DNA from: Bryobacterales bacterium
GTDB taxonomy: Bacteria > Acidobacteriota > Terriglobia > Bryobacterales > UBA6623
Assembly: GCA_965200705.1 (NCBI GenBank)
Contig: OZ241376.1
Span: 2,367,557 to 2,431,556 of the forward strand
Length of the DNA stretch: 64,000 nt
Direction of reading: 5' to 3'
A program made the translations under genes and the position numbers. The notes below the pieces were generated by a model. That model searched no databases, had not been told where the DNA came from, and was given only the letters and a program-made list of their open reading frames with translations. Of the stretch, positions 18,934 through 29,197 are shown piece after piece (position 1 is the first letter of the stretch; the number at the start of each line of letters is the position of its first letter).

Positions 18934-19560
18934 CTAGGAGCCTCTGCGACGGGCAGGAAGTATGGCAAGACTCTTCCGGGCGTCTGCGTCAAGGCCGCCG
19001 GCCCGTAGCGGCAGGATGCCAGTAGATGCCCCGGGTCTTACCCCAAGCAAACCACCGAGTTGGGTGCCAGCGCACCAAGAGTCTGGCCGGCGCGGCCACC
19101 AGCCATCGTCCTGCAGCGCGAGAGCGATGCGCCATGGGATCCTGACCAGGTCCTTCGGCTTAAGTCCGTCCGACAGCAGGTGGTCCAGCGACTTGTGCGC
19201 ACTGTCTCTAGGCGGTAGCCAGAGCTTGATCGACCCGAGGTGCCATCTCCGCCTCGACATCGGGGCGGAGATGGCCGGGCGCGGTGGCTAGGGCGCGCAG
19301 AGGCGAGTCCGCTCGGCGCGGTTCCGACTCGGGCATGAGCGAGAGGAAATCGTGACGCTGGTGCCACCATCGGCGCTGCCCAACGAGACGGATAGTCCAC
19401 GGCGTGGGCGAATCCTTTTGCATTTGCCTAGCGGGACTTGGGAAGGGAGCGGTTCCGGTCGCCCCCTCCTGAACTGCCAACCCCGAGGCACGGGCGAACG
19501 CCATGGTTGTTGTTGCTTGACCAGAGTAATGGTCGCCGAGCGGCAGCCACCCAACGTTCG
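18934..19560 (-). pseudogene. Truncated, decayed N4/N6 DNA methyltransferase remnant
   Basis: The minus strand reads ...RTRLCAP*PPRP...GSIKLWLPPRDS....GLKPKDLVRIPWRIALALQDDGWW. This matches the (S/D)PPY ... GTLW.N.GD ... KPKDL.GIPWR.A.ALQ.DGW layout of N4/N6 methylases. A TAG sits at the S/D position of motif IV. A frameshift follows GWW, and the whole AdoMet-binding C-terminal half is missing because queA starts 10 nt away. Confidence 0.5.
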
Positions 19561-19599
19561 GCGTCCAGATGCAGGCCGAGTGTCTCGCTGTGCGATGTA

Positions 19600-20040
19600 T
19601 GCACGACTGATATCTATTGCAGTCCAGTAATATTGCTATCTAATCGATATAAAAGAAAAGGCTCAATTCGCGAAGCGTGTGCATTGGGGGTGCCAGGGAG
19701 GCGGGCAGGCAGGCCCGCGGAGAGGGCTGGCTGGCCAGACCGATCTCCTGATGCCAGCGCAGATGGTTTCCCAGGCACTTGGTCGCCACGCCGTGGAACG
19801 GCAGCAGGAACTGCTGCAGCTGCCGGTGGCGCTGGTTGACCGTCTGGATGCGGTGGCTGCCGCGCAGGCGCTGTCCGGCCGCCCGGTTGACGGCCTCGTG
19901 CTGGACCCCCAGGCGGCGCGCGCAGCCCGGGCGGCCTGTCCCGCCGTCTCCCGAATCCCAGCTCCCCTGCGGCCCCTCCGGTGAAGGATGCGGGCCAGTC
20001 CACACCCATCCGGCTGACCAGGTCCAGTCCACACCCGAGG
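19600..20040 (-). mobile_element. IS1595-like element fragment (3' part of transposase gene plus AT-rich tip), left inverted copy
   Basis: Encodes ...LGVQHEAVNRAAGQRLRGSHRIQTVNQRHRQLQQFLLPFHGVATKCLGNHLRWH.... Bases 19677..19910 are the reverse complement of 27548..27780, with about 15 differences over about 230 nt by hand alignment. The tip 19600..19676 is strikingly AT-rich. Confidence 0.6.
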
Positions 20041-20048
20041 GGACTCGA

Positions 20049-23000
20049 CTACCTGAACCGGTGCGAGAACTCGTCCCAGGCAGCCCGATACTCCTCCTCC
20101 CGGTCGCACCGGACGAAGGGCGCGCGGTACGCGATCGTGCGCTCCCTCCGCCCCTGCGGCAGCGTGTCGTCCTCGACGGTCCGGAAGACGGTTCCGTCCG
20201 TGAGCCCCTGGACGTCCTCCCAGCCGAGCGCGAGTCCGGTCTCGCTCCGGCCCGGCTGCACCAGTCCATAGTTGGAATCCCCTCTCCTCGCCCTCCTGGG
20301 AAGGCCCGTGCCGGAGAGTCCCTGCGAGGTGGTGAAGACGATCCGGCCATCCTGGTCGTACCACGTGTCCGCCTCGTACTCGCGCAGGACCGGGAACTGC
20401 ACTCTGTAGAGGACCAGCAGCTCGTCGAGGGTGAGCCCGAGCGCCATCGCCACCAGCACGTCCACCTCCACCAGCGCCTGGCGTCGCTCGAAGTCCGTCC
20501 GCAGCGCGGAGTCGCGGCTCCACGCTCTCTCCAGCCCGCCCCAGCGACCCGCGTTCAGGCGTGCATCGGAACGGGTCCAGCCGTCGGCGGCGTGCGCGTC
20601 GTCCCAGCAGCTCTCCCAGAGCGTCCGGTAGTGGCTCGTGAGGCAGTGCAGGCCGAGCACGCGCGCGTGCAGGGACCGTCGAGGACGGGGTCCAAGCCTG
20701 CAGAGGGGCAGCTGCCGCAGCCGGACCGGAGTTATGTTGGTTGCCCCGGTCATCTTGACGAAGCCATCCATCGGCAGCGCCTGGCAGATGCCCTGGAAGT
20801 CGAGCAGATCCCGCAGATCTCGATGGCTCGTGCCGACAACCGCATGGATGTAGGCAGCCCCCGTGGGCACGATCGCCGCAATCAGCGTTCGCTCGCTCGC
20901 CGGACCCACCATTACCCTGTTCACCATGCTGTAGTGGCCCGTCACCCTCCGGCTTGGGCCGTCGGGAGCGTCCGCGGCCCACGGCACCGACGGAATCCGC
21001 CGCGCGTACTCGTCGCGGCCGCACGCCGGGACGTAGTTCGTGCGCGGCAGGTAGTCGTCCGGGATCGCCGTCAGGTCGATGCAGTCGTAGTCGCTCTTCA
21101 GCCGACAGGCGCGGCGGGGGGTCTTGCCGAGCGGGTTGCCGACGAAGAGGTGCGGGCCCCGACAGGATCCACTCGCGGGGCTCGCGCGGGAAGCGCGTCT
21201 CCCGGCGGATCGTGCCGTCCCGCTGGGCGTTGGTCTCGTCCCAGATAACCCCGCATGCGAACTGGCCCGCCAGGTCGCGCAGGCGCCGCGGCTGGCCGGC
21301 GAACTTCCGCAGCAGCGACATCAGCTCCGTCGAGTGCACCGCCGGCAGCCTGGCCCGCCCGGCGGGCGTCCCCGCGGGGTCCAGCGCCGCGGCGAACGTC
21401 TCCAGCTCCCGCGGGCCGACCCGCACCATCCGCCCTGCGTGGCCGTCCGTCTCCCAGCCCCCGCCGACGCGCTTGATGCCCGGCACCGGACCGGTGCCCG
21501 GGTGCTCCGACGACGCCTCGATGGTCTCCGCGGCGAAGAGGTTGGCCATGTGCACGAATCCCGGACGCCCGCGCTCGGGCCCGTAGACGTTCACGCTGAA
21601 CCGGACGCGGTCACCCACGTCCGCAAAGAGCTTGCGCGCGTTCTGGAACTGGAAGTGGGCCCGCAGGCGGGCGTAGACCGCGGCGCGCAGCGCCCCGCCC
21701 CTGGGGTCGTCGAACAGGCCCTCGGGATGCAGCAGGCCGGCCACGCCGCGCTCGCCGAGGACGCTCCAGGCCTGCGGCAGGAAGCACTTGTACGAGTTCG
21801 CCTGCATGCCCTGGAGCAGAGTGTAGTTCTGGGGCGCCCCCAGGTAGGCCTTGGTCGCCTCCGTCGCGGCGTACTCGTCCAGGTAGGCCGCCCGCAGGCC
21901 GGGGCTGCGGGCGAGCAGCCCCGGCCGCTCCCGGCGCAGCGCCGCGGCCCTGCGCCGGCGCACGACCACGCTCGGCTCGAAGTCCCCGATCACGCCGGCC
22001 TCGTCCCAGGAGAGCTTGATCCAGGGCGGGTTGCCCAGCACCAGGTCGAAGCCCGTGGAGGGCTCCCCGTCCGGCCCCGTTCCGTAGAAGATGTCCGCGA
22101 ACGCCAGGTCCCAGTGCAGGAACCGCATGCGCTCCGCCAGCGCGTCCACGAACCCCAGCCGGGGGAACAGCTCGCACAGCCGCTCCAGGTCCAGCAGCCC
22201 CGTCTCGTCGAGGATGCGCCGCGCCATGCCCGCCGCGTGCGCCGCGTACTCCTCCCCGAACTGCAGCGCCGCCTGCCCCGGCCCGTCGGCCGCGTCCCGC
22301 ACGTCGCCCGTCAGGACGATGCTCGCCTCGGTCAGGAACTCCTCCCGGCTCGGCGGACCCACCTTCGCCTCGATCGGCCAGAACCACAGCGCGCACCAGT
22401 AGTCCAGGACCAGCTTGAGCCGCCGGTAGGGGCTCGCCGTCCGCGCCCGCGTGCCGAACACGCCCTGGCCGCGGATCGTCTCCTTCCACCCGTTGGCCGT
22501 CCGTCGCTCCGCATGCTCGGCCCCCCAGACCGCGGTCGCGTCCTCGGTCGCCGCGCGGTCCTGCGCCAGCTGCTCGGCGTGCAGCGCCCACAGCCTGTCG
22601 GCCGCCTGCGAGAGGCGCTCCAGCTCGTCCGCGTCGGCCTCCCCGAACGGCCGGCAGAACGCCTTCCGCCATGCCCGCAGCGCCGCCATCGGCTGCGGCG
22701 CGAGCTGCCGCACGAAGCGGTCGCCGTAGCGGCTCATGCCCGGGTCCGGCAGCAGGAAGTGGTAGACCGCCCCCGCCGGACAGGCCGCCGCCGGCCCCCG
22801 GCCGACCGCGTCGGGCTCCCGCCCGAACCACCGCGCGCCCCCTCGCCGCCCGGCGGCGATCTCCGCCCGCGGGTACGTCCGCCGCCGCGCGCCCACCAGC
22901 GAGTTGCCGGCGAAGAGCTGGTACCCGAACCACGGCACGTGCCCGTCCTGCACGAGGCAGTTCAGCCACAGCGACACCTCGGCCAGCTCCACCGCCACCG

Positions 23001-25026
23001 GGTTCAGGTCGACCCCGAACACGTTCCGGTCGGCGATGTGGTGCCGCGCGCGCTGCAGCTCCTCGGCGCGCTCCCCCGGCGGAATGCGCCGCCCCAGCTC
23101 CCGCTGGCGACGCTCCAGGTAGCGCTCCGCCAGCTGGTTGACGGCCTCGTTCAGGAACGCCGCCGACCCCATCGCCGGCTCGCACACCCGCAGCTGCAGG
23201 ATCCGCGCGGCCGGCATGCCCGCGTCGATGCGCTCCTCCAGGGCCTGCCGCACCACCGCCCGCGTCAGCGGCTCCGGCGTGTAGAAGCTCGCCGTCCGCT
23301 CGCGCTCGCGCCCCGTCCTCCGGAACAGGAACCGGCCCTTCGGGTGGCGCAGCAGCCGCCTGCGCCCCCGCTCGTCCCGGACGTGGACCCGCTCCTCCTC
23401 CGTGTACTGCGCGAGGGCCTCCGCCGTCACGAACCAGGCCGGCTCCAGCTCGTCCCGCACGCTCCCGGGGACCTGCACCTCGTACAGGTCCTCCCGGGCG
23501 ATGGAGCCCCGGAACGACAGCAGGGCCTCGTACACCCCGCCGAGGTGGCCGATGCCCAGCTGACCGTACGAGATGCGCCCCCGCCGGCGCCGGCCCTGCG
23601 CCGGCCGGGTCAGCGAGAGCAGGCGCAGGACCCGCTGCATGACCTCGTCGCGCAGCCGGGCGCGCCCCAGCAGCGGCGTCCTGGCGGGGTCGAACAGCCG
23701 GCTGTCGAGCGGCTCCATGCGGAACGTGCCGTGCAGCGTCCGCTCCTCGAACGTCAGCCGCCGCTGCCCCCCCGGCGCCGGCTCGAAGCCCTCCCGCACG
23801 AGCTGGAAGAGGCGGTCCAGGCTGCGCCGGATGTGCTGGCCGTCCCGGTCCCGGGCCGTCTCCAGACGCGCCATCTCCAGGTCCCGCAGCCGCTCGAGGC
23901 CGTACCCTCTGCGGTAGGCCTCCGCGTCCACCGGCGCGTAGCCCAGCTCCGGCCGCGCCTCGCTGCAGAACAGGAACAGCAGCCGGTACAGGTAGCGCAG
24001 GCACTCCGTCCCCAGCCGCTCCGCCAGGTCGCCGCCCGGGGCCTCCGCCCCCGGCGCCTCGCTCCGCAGCGAGCGCAGCGCCTCGTCGCCCAGCAGCTCG
24101 ACGGCCTCGCGCAGCGCGTGCCGGAGCTCGCCCGAGACCCCGAACGCGTGCCGGTGGCTGCGCTCGTCGAGCGCGTCCAGCAGGGCCGCCCCCGACCCCG
24201 GCAGCGCCGACTCGCGGTGCAGCAGGGCCGCCGCGGCCCGCAGCGTGGGCCCCTCGCGACGGTCCAGGATGCGCCTCCAGTCGAAGCGCAGCAGGCGCCG
24301 CTGGGCCCACTTGCCGCGCTCCAGCAGCAGCGTCTGGTCGATCGACAGCAGCAGCGCCCAGCGCGGCGGGCGCTCGGCGCCGAACACCCGCCGCGTGAGG
24401 ATCGTGTCCCACGTCTCGCCCAGGACATCCGGCGACGGCGGCGCCTCCCCGGCGAACTGCGCCGCGTGGGGCCGCAGCTCGAGCGGATCGTCGCCGTCGG
24501 CGTCGGGCGCGTACGCGCCCAGCGCCAGCAGGCGTCCGCCCACCCCCTCCGCCTCGCCCAGCACCGGAATCTCCTCGCCGGTCTCGAGCGCGAACGCGGC
24601 TGGCGCCCAGCGGTGGCCCAGCGCCTCCAGCTGCAGGCGGAACCAGCGCCGCTGGATCCGCACCGCCTCCCCGTCGTCGCCCGCCCGCCGGAACGCCTCC
24701 CGGATGCGCCGGTGCTCCCCGGCCAGGGCACCCAGCCGGACGTCCGGCGCGTCCGACCGGTCCTCGCCCGCCGCGGCCTCGGCGCGCCACCGCGCCACCA
24801 CCGGCCGCAGGTCGCTCCCCAGCAGCTCCGCCAGGTAGTGGTCGCTGTAGAACTCCCGCTCGTTGTGCAGCCCGACGTGCCCGGCCGCAGCGTTCAGACT
24901 CTCTGGCACGGACCTCCCCCGCACTCGCCTCTGTTCCGGATCCGTTCCCGCAAGCGGATCGGTCCGCTGGACTCGCCATCCCGGGGGCGTGGGACTGCCT
25001 GATCCACGAGCACCATTTATATCCAA
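20049..25026 (-). pseudogene. Giant Eco57I/type IIG-like N6-adenine DNA methyltransferase, interrupted by a single frameshift
   Basis: Motif X-like SFYTPEPLTRAVV. Motif I VCEPAMGSAAFLNEA (about 23150-23187). FGVDLNPVAVELAEVSLWLN...FAGNSLVG. Motif IV LVLGNPPWIKL (about 22020). The reading frame changes at about 21153-21163 (..REWILSGP | HLFVGNPLGKTPRRACRLKSDYDCIDLTAIPDDYLPRTNYVP..) and continues in ORF 20049..20987. The probable real start is the GTG at 24909, preceded by GGGGGAGG. The TTG at 25026 is the longest ORF. Confidence 0.8.
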
Positions 25027-25298
25027 TCCCGGAGCCGGCGCAACGCACTGCGCGAGCTGGGAACCTGTTGGACCTGGCCGCGACCGGGGAGTGTCGACAG
25101 CGAGTGCGGACCAGTCGTCCGTTCCGCGTTCCGCGTGAGAACACGGTCGAGCACATGCGAAGCCTGTCCGACGGCAATGCCCATCGCGACACGGACCAGG
25201 ACTGGAACGACCAAGGCTTGCTGGGGCAGACCAGCCATTCTTCTGGCGTGATCGTGCCCGGCAGCAGTCCCTGCCACACCGAATTCAGCAGTGCAGTA

Positions 25299-25326
25299 TT
25301 GACAAATAGAGAATAGTTGTTAGCAT
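25299..25326 (+). promoter_or_regulatory. Candidate sigma70-type promoter in an AT-rich patch
   Basis: TTGACA (25299-25304), a 16-nt spacer, then TAGCAT (25321-25326), 40 nt upstream of the ATG at 25366. It lies in the divergent region between the methyltransferase and the orphan genes. Confidence 0.35.
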
Positions 25327-25365
25327 TGGAGCAGAGGCCGCAGCCTGATCAACGGCCCAGCGCTC

Positions 25366-25674
25366 ATGGCACGCATCGCATTCGGACTCAGCCTCTCCAT
25401 CGGCGGTGTGGCGGCGTGGCTTGTGCTCGACGAGCTGAGCTATCTCGCTCCATATCGCGACGCCCTGGTCCGGGAGCACGGTCTGGTGATCGTCGCATAC
25501 TGCGGTGCGCTGGCATGCAACTGCTTTGCGCTGCTCTATGCGCTCTGCCGTCGACTGGGCCTCGGCGATGCGGGCCGGAAGCTGCGCCGCCTCGAGCGGG
25601 AGGTGCAGAGGGGCAGGACGTTCAACGAGGAAGTCGCCGATCGACTCCGGCTCCAGAGGCAAGGGGAAGCATGA
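25366..25674 (+). CDS. Hypothetical small membrane protein (102 aa, two predicted TM helices plus charged C-terminal helix)
   Basis: MARIAFGLSLSIGGVAAWLVL and LVIVAYCGALACNCFALLYAL hydrophobic stretches, then RKLRRLEREVQRGR. Moderately high GC3. Promoter-like element upstream. No obvious SD. Confidence 0.45.
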   Translation: MARIAFGLSLSIGGVAAWLVLDELSYLAPYRDALVREHGLVIVAYCGALACNCFALLYALCRRLGLGDAGRKLRRLEREVQRGRTFNEEVADRLRLQRQGEA

Positions 25675-25994
25675 TGCAACGCACAGTTCGAGGGGATCGG
25701 GTTGCCGAGTCGCACCATTTCGAGCGCCTGCCCGCGTACCGAGGGAGCGGTTCGATCCATCTCCGCAGCCCGCGATCGCGGGACGCGGCATCGCAGGGAC
25801 GGACTCGACCGTGCGGCTGCAAGCAGGACCGCCCTCGATGCAATGGACCTGATCGAGCGTAGTGGCAGGGCGGTCCGGCCCGATGTGCGCATCGTCCACC
25901 GCGAGCCAGGCGACCACGCTTCGGATCCGCTCAGGCATGTGGCCGTCGCAGTCACCACCCCCCGACCACCGCTGACCACGGCCCGATCCCGTCC

Positions 25995-27008
25995 ATGAGC
26001 GCGGTGGACCCCGGCGGGCCAGAGCCCCACGTCGTTCCGAGGCTTCGTCGATCCATTGCGATCGGGCACCGCGCCGAGGCCCTCCGGCGGTTCGGCTACA
26101 GCGCCCACGACGCCGAGTTCCTGACCTTCGCCGCCCTGCTCGGCGGGTACTTCGAACGCCGTCACTACCGCGCGTGGGGTGGACGCAGGCCTGGATCGGC
26201 GGAGATGCGCATGATCCGTCGTGGCCTCGAGAACCGCCACCTCGTGAGCTTCGCCGACAACCGCCTCTGGCACATCCGCAGCAGGGCGCTTCACGCCGCC
26301 GTCGGGTCCGACGCCGCGGCCGGCACGTTGACTCGAGCGCGCCGCGGAGTGAAGCAGCGGCTCTTCATGGTCGACCACTTGCTGGCCACGCCGGACGGAC
26401 CGTGCTGGCTGCTGACCGCAGACGCGAAGAGGCGGCACTGCCAATCGTTGGGAGTGCCTGCGGCATGCCTCCCGGCGGGGCCGCGGACGCGCCGTGGCGT
26501 CAGTCCGCTCTTCCCCGACCGATTCCCCATCAGGATGGCCTGCGCCGACCCGCCCGTCGTCGAGCTCCTCTACGCCCACACCGGCTCGACCCCCTTGGGG
26601 GCGAGACGGTTCCTGGATCGACATGCGGCCCTCGCCGCGAGCCTGTGGGCCCGCGGGATCGCTTGCGAGTGGACCGTCCTGGCAGACGGTTCGATGCAGT
26701 TTCCACGCCTTCGACAGGCCTGGAGGCGCTGGCGTGGGGAACACGAGCGCACCTTCCAGGAACGGGAGTGCTTCGGGTTGCGGCGCACCATGCAGAAGCG
26801 GGCGTGGGACAGCATCAGCGCCGGTCAGGTCGAACGCTACGTGCAGCTGGCGTCCCTGGTGGAGTCGGAGGGGCTCGAGCGGCGGTACCAGGAGTGGCTG
26901 GACGCGGATGCACCCGCACCGCAGCCCGGTGCGGACTTTGCGTCTGCGAGTCGCTACCGGGAAGTGCTCCTCGAGCAGGACTACTCCACGGCCGACTGGG
27001 CGTCCTGA
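25995..27008 (+). CDS. Hypothetical protein (337 aa), no family recognised; possible N-terminal winged-helix
   Basis: Strong GC3 bias across the whole ORF, unlike the alternative frames. The ATG overlaps the stop of the upstream open frame (ATGA at 25995-25998). There is no earlier in-frame start after the stop at 25860. Confidence 0.7.
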   Translation: MSAVDPGGPEPHVVPRLRRSIAIGHRAEALRRFGYSAHDAEFLTFAALLGGYFERRHYRAWGGRRPGSAEMRMIRRGLENRHLVSFADNRLWHIRSRALHAAVGSDAAAGTLTRARRGVKQRLFMVDHLLATPDGPCWLLTADAKRRHCQSLGVPAACLPAGPRTRRGVSPLFPDRFPIRMACADPPVVELLYAHTGSTPLGARRFLDRHAALAASLWARGIACEWTVLADGSMQFPRLRQAWRRWRGEHERTFQERECFGLRRTMQKRAWDSISAGQVERYVQLASLVESEGLERRYQEWLDADAPAPQPGADFASASRYREVLLEQDYSTADWAS

Positions 27009-27099
27009 ATCCCGCGCCACCATCCAGAAGCGTGCCCGCCGCGAGGCCGGTCCCGTGGCGAAGGCCAGGGCAATGGGTTCGCCCGGGCCACAGCCGTTG

Positions 27100-27835
27100 G
27101 CTTGAGACTCCGGCGTGACGCCAGGAGTGGTCCCGGACATCTCCCGCCGTCGGCCAGTCCGGCATGGGGCTCGCCCCTGGGCTCTCGAACGGGCCGTTCC
27201 AGCCATGGACGGCAGGGTCCAGGCGGCAATCGCAACGCGGGCCGAAGACGAGGTGCCGCCCGAATCGCCGGGCGGTGAACTCTGCATTCCTGTCCTGCGT
27301 CCTGGCGCATGGAGCGGCCCCCACCCCCAGCCATCGCGACCATGTTCCCGAGCGACGCCGTGGGGCGCCATGTTGGGTCCGCTGACGAACCAGACCCCGC
27401 CCCACTGACCGGGACACCGCTGGCCGGGCTGCATCACCGCGAGCGCTGGCGGGCCTACGGGCGGGCGCTGGTGGTCCGTGAGGCCACCGGCCGCTGCAGG
27501 GTGGCGCCGTCGACGGCGTTCCGCTGGCCGGGCTGTACGTACAGCCCGGGGGTCCAGCACGAGGCCGTCAACCGGGCGGCCGGACAGCGCCTGCGCGGCA
27601 GCCACCCCATCCAGACGGTCAACCAGCGCCACTGGCAGCTGCAGCAGTTCCTGCTGCCGTTCCACGGCGTGGCGACGAAGTGCCTCGGCAACTGTCTGCG
27701 CTGGCATCAGGAGATCGGTCTGGCCAGCCAGCCCTCCCCGTGGGCCTGTTTGCTCGCCTTCCTGGCACCTCAATGCACACTTTTAACGAATTTATGCAAA
27801 TAAAATAAGAAAAATAATACAAATATATCGAAGTC
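27100..27835 (+). mobile_element. Degenerate IS1595-like element (frameshifted zinc-ribbon N-terminus, DDE core deleted), right inverted copy
   Basis: Pieces are spread over three frames: a CxxC-like region, ..LTGTPLAGLHHRERW...TAFRW, then directly GVQHEAVNRAAGQRLRGSHPIQTVNQRHWQLQQFLLPFHGVATKCLGNCLRWH. The catalytic middle expected between TAFRW and GVQHEAVN is absent. The AT-rich tip is at 27781-27835. Confidence 0.6.
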
Positions 27836-28220
27836 TTGCGGCGGCAACTAAAGCGGTCAAGCGAGCTGGTGACGCTCTGAACCGAATGTTCTCAGCCATT
27901 CGTTCCGATATTGCGCGGCAGCGACCGAGCGGTCGGTACCGCGAACCACCACCTGCCCACGAGGGTTGTCAACCCCTTCAAAAAGCAGGCATCATTGTCA
28001 CCAGGCACGTCAGTGGAATGGGTCCCAGGGAGTGCGGGGGAAGATTCGGGGTGATGTTGCTGAAGCGCGGCAGCCCCAGCGTGTGCCACCGACCGAGGCC
28101 TACGTCCCCCCGCCGTGACCTGAACTACAAGTTGGACCACACTTGGTGCGATTCACAGATGCCGTTGGAACTCCTCGGCGTCCAAGGAGTCGCACCGCAG
28201 CTATTCCGGGAGTTCACGCC

Positions 28221-29197
28221 ATGACCGGTTTCCGGTTTGTTGACCTTTTCGCAGGCATTGGCGGCCTGCAGCGTCCCTTTGACGAGATTGGCGGGCGCTG
28301 CGAGTTCACGTCCGAGTGGGACAAGTTTTGTGCGCAGACCTATTCCGCCAACTTCCCATCGGGTGACGGACACCAGTTCGTCGGCGATATCCGAACCTAC
28401 TCGGCGCGTCCCGAGATGATTCCCAAGCACGATGTCGTTCTGGCTGGCTTCCCGTGCCAGCCCTTCTCCATCGCCGGGGTCTCCAAGAAGAACGCGCTGG
28501 GGCGACCCCACGGCTTTCTATGCGACACGCAGGGGACGCTCTTCTACGATGTGGCGAAGATCATCGCCCACCCGCCTTCCTGCTGGAGAACGTGAAGAAT
28601 CTGAAGGCTCATGATCGCGGACGAACGTTTGCCACCATTCTGCATGTCCTGGAGACCGAACTGGGGTACAGCGTCAGCACGAGGCTTGTGGACGCCTCCC
28701 CGTGGGTACCGCAGAGGCGCGAGCGGGTGTTCGTCGTGGGCTTCAGCAGGGACACCGAATTCGACTTTCGTGACCTCGAGATCCCCAGCGGCGATCACCC
28801 AACCCTTGGGGCGATTCTCGACAGCGAGGTCGATCCGAAGTACACACTGAGCGACCACCTCTGGACTTACCTCCAGAACTACAAGAACAAGCACCGCGCG
28901 GCGGGAAACGGTTTCGGATGCTCGGTGTTCGGGCTGGGAGACGTGGCTCGGACGCTTTCGGCCCGTTATTGCAAGGACGGGTCCGAAATTCTCATCCGAC
29001 AGAACGGTCGCCCGCGTTGGCTTAAGCCACGGGAATGCGCGAGGTTGATAGGGTTCGACGCGCCAGGGGAGACGAGTTTCGAGATCCCCGTGTCGGACAC
29101 GCAAGCCTATAGCCAGTTTGGCAACACGGTCGTAGTTCCCGTCGTACGCGCGATTGCCCGGCTCATGGTTCCCCACATCAACGCTACGACTGCATGA
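28221..29197 (+). pseudogene. dcm: DNA (cytosine-5) methyltransferase (Dcm-like), one frameshift
   Basis: Motif [11 protein letters not shown], motif [20 protein letters not shown]. The frame changes at about 28567-28577. It continues with ENVKNL, QRRERVFVVG, RECARLIGF, AYSQFGNTVVVPV. Confidence 0.85.

Noticed and set aside
19663-25026. BREX, DISARM or type I context for the giant methyltransferase
   Set aside because: I looked on both sides for PglZ, BrxC/PglY, BrxL, helicase, PLD or HsdS/HsdR-like translations and found none. The neighbours are IS remnants and orphan genes.
25017-25277. An 86-aa minus-strand ORF just upstream of the methyltransferase, a possible controller protein
   Set aside because: Low GC3 for this genome, no helix-turn-helix pattern, and it overlaps the likely 5' untranslated region. 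It is treated as non-coding.
21124-25279. Very long ORFs overlapping the methyltransferase gene (1292 aa on the plus strand at 21124-25002; 1222 aa in another minus-strand frame at 21611-25279)
   Set aside because: Their translations are low-complexity R/P/A/G strings. They are the usual stop-codon-free shadow frames of an extremely GC-rich gene. Only the frame with the methylase motifs is credible.
25285-25938. A 217-aa minus-strand ORF opposite the small membrane-protein gene
   Set aside because: It has no better GC3 than the alternatives. It would run through the AT-rich promoter-like patch and ends in it. The translation is not protein-like. The plus-strand 102-aa ORF with coherent TM helices was preferred, and the 25680-25995 part remains unassigned.
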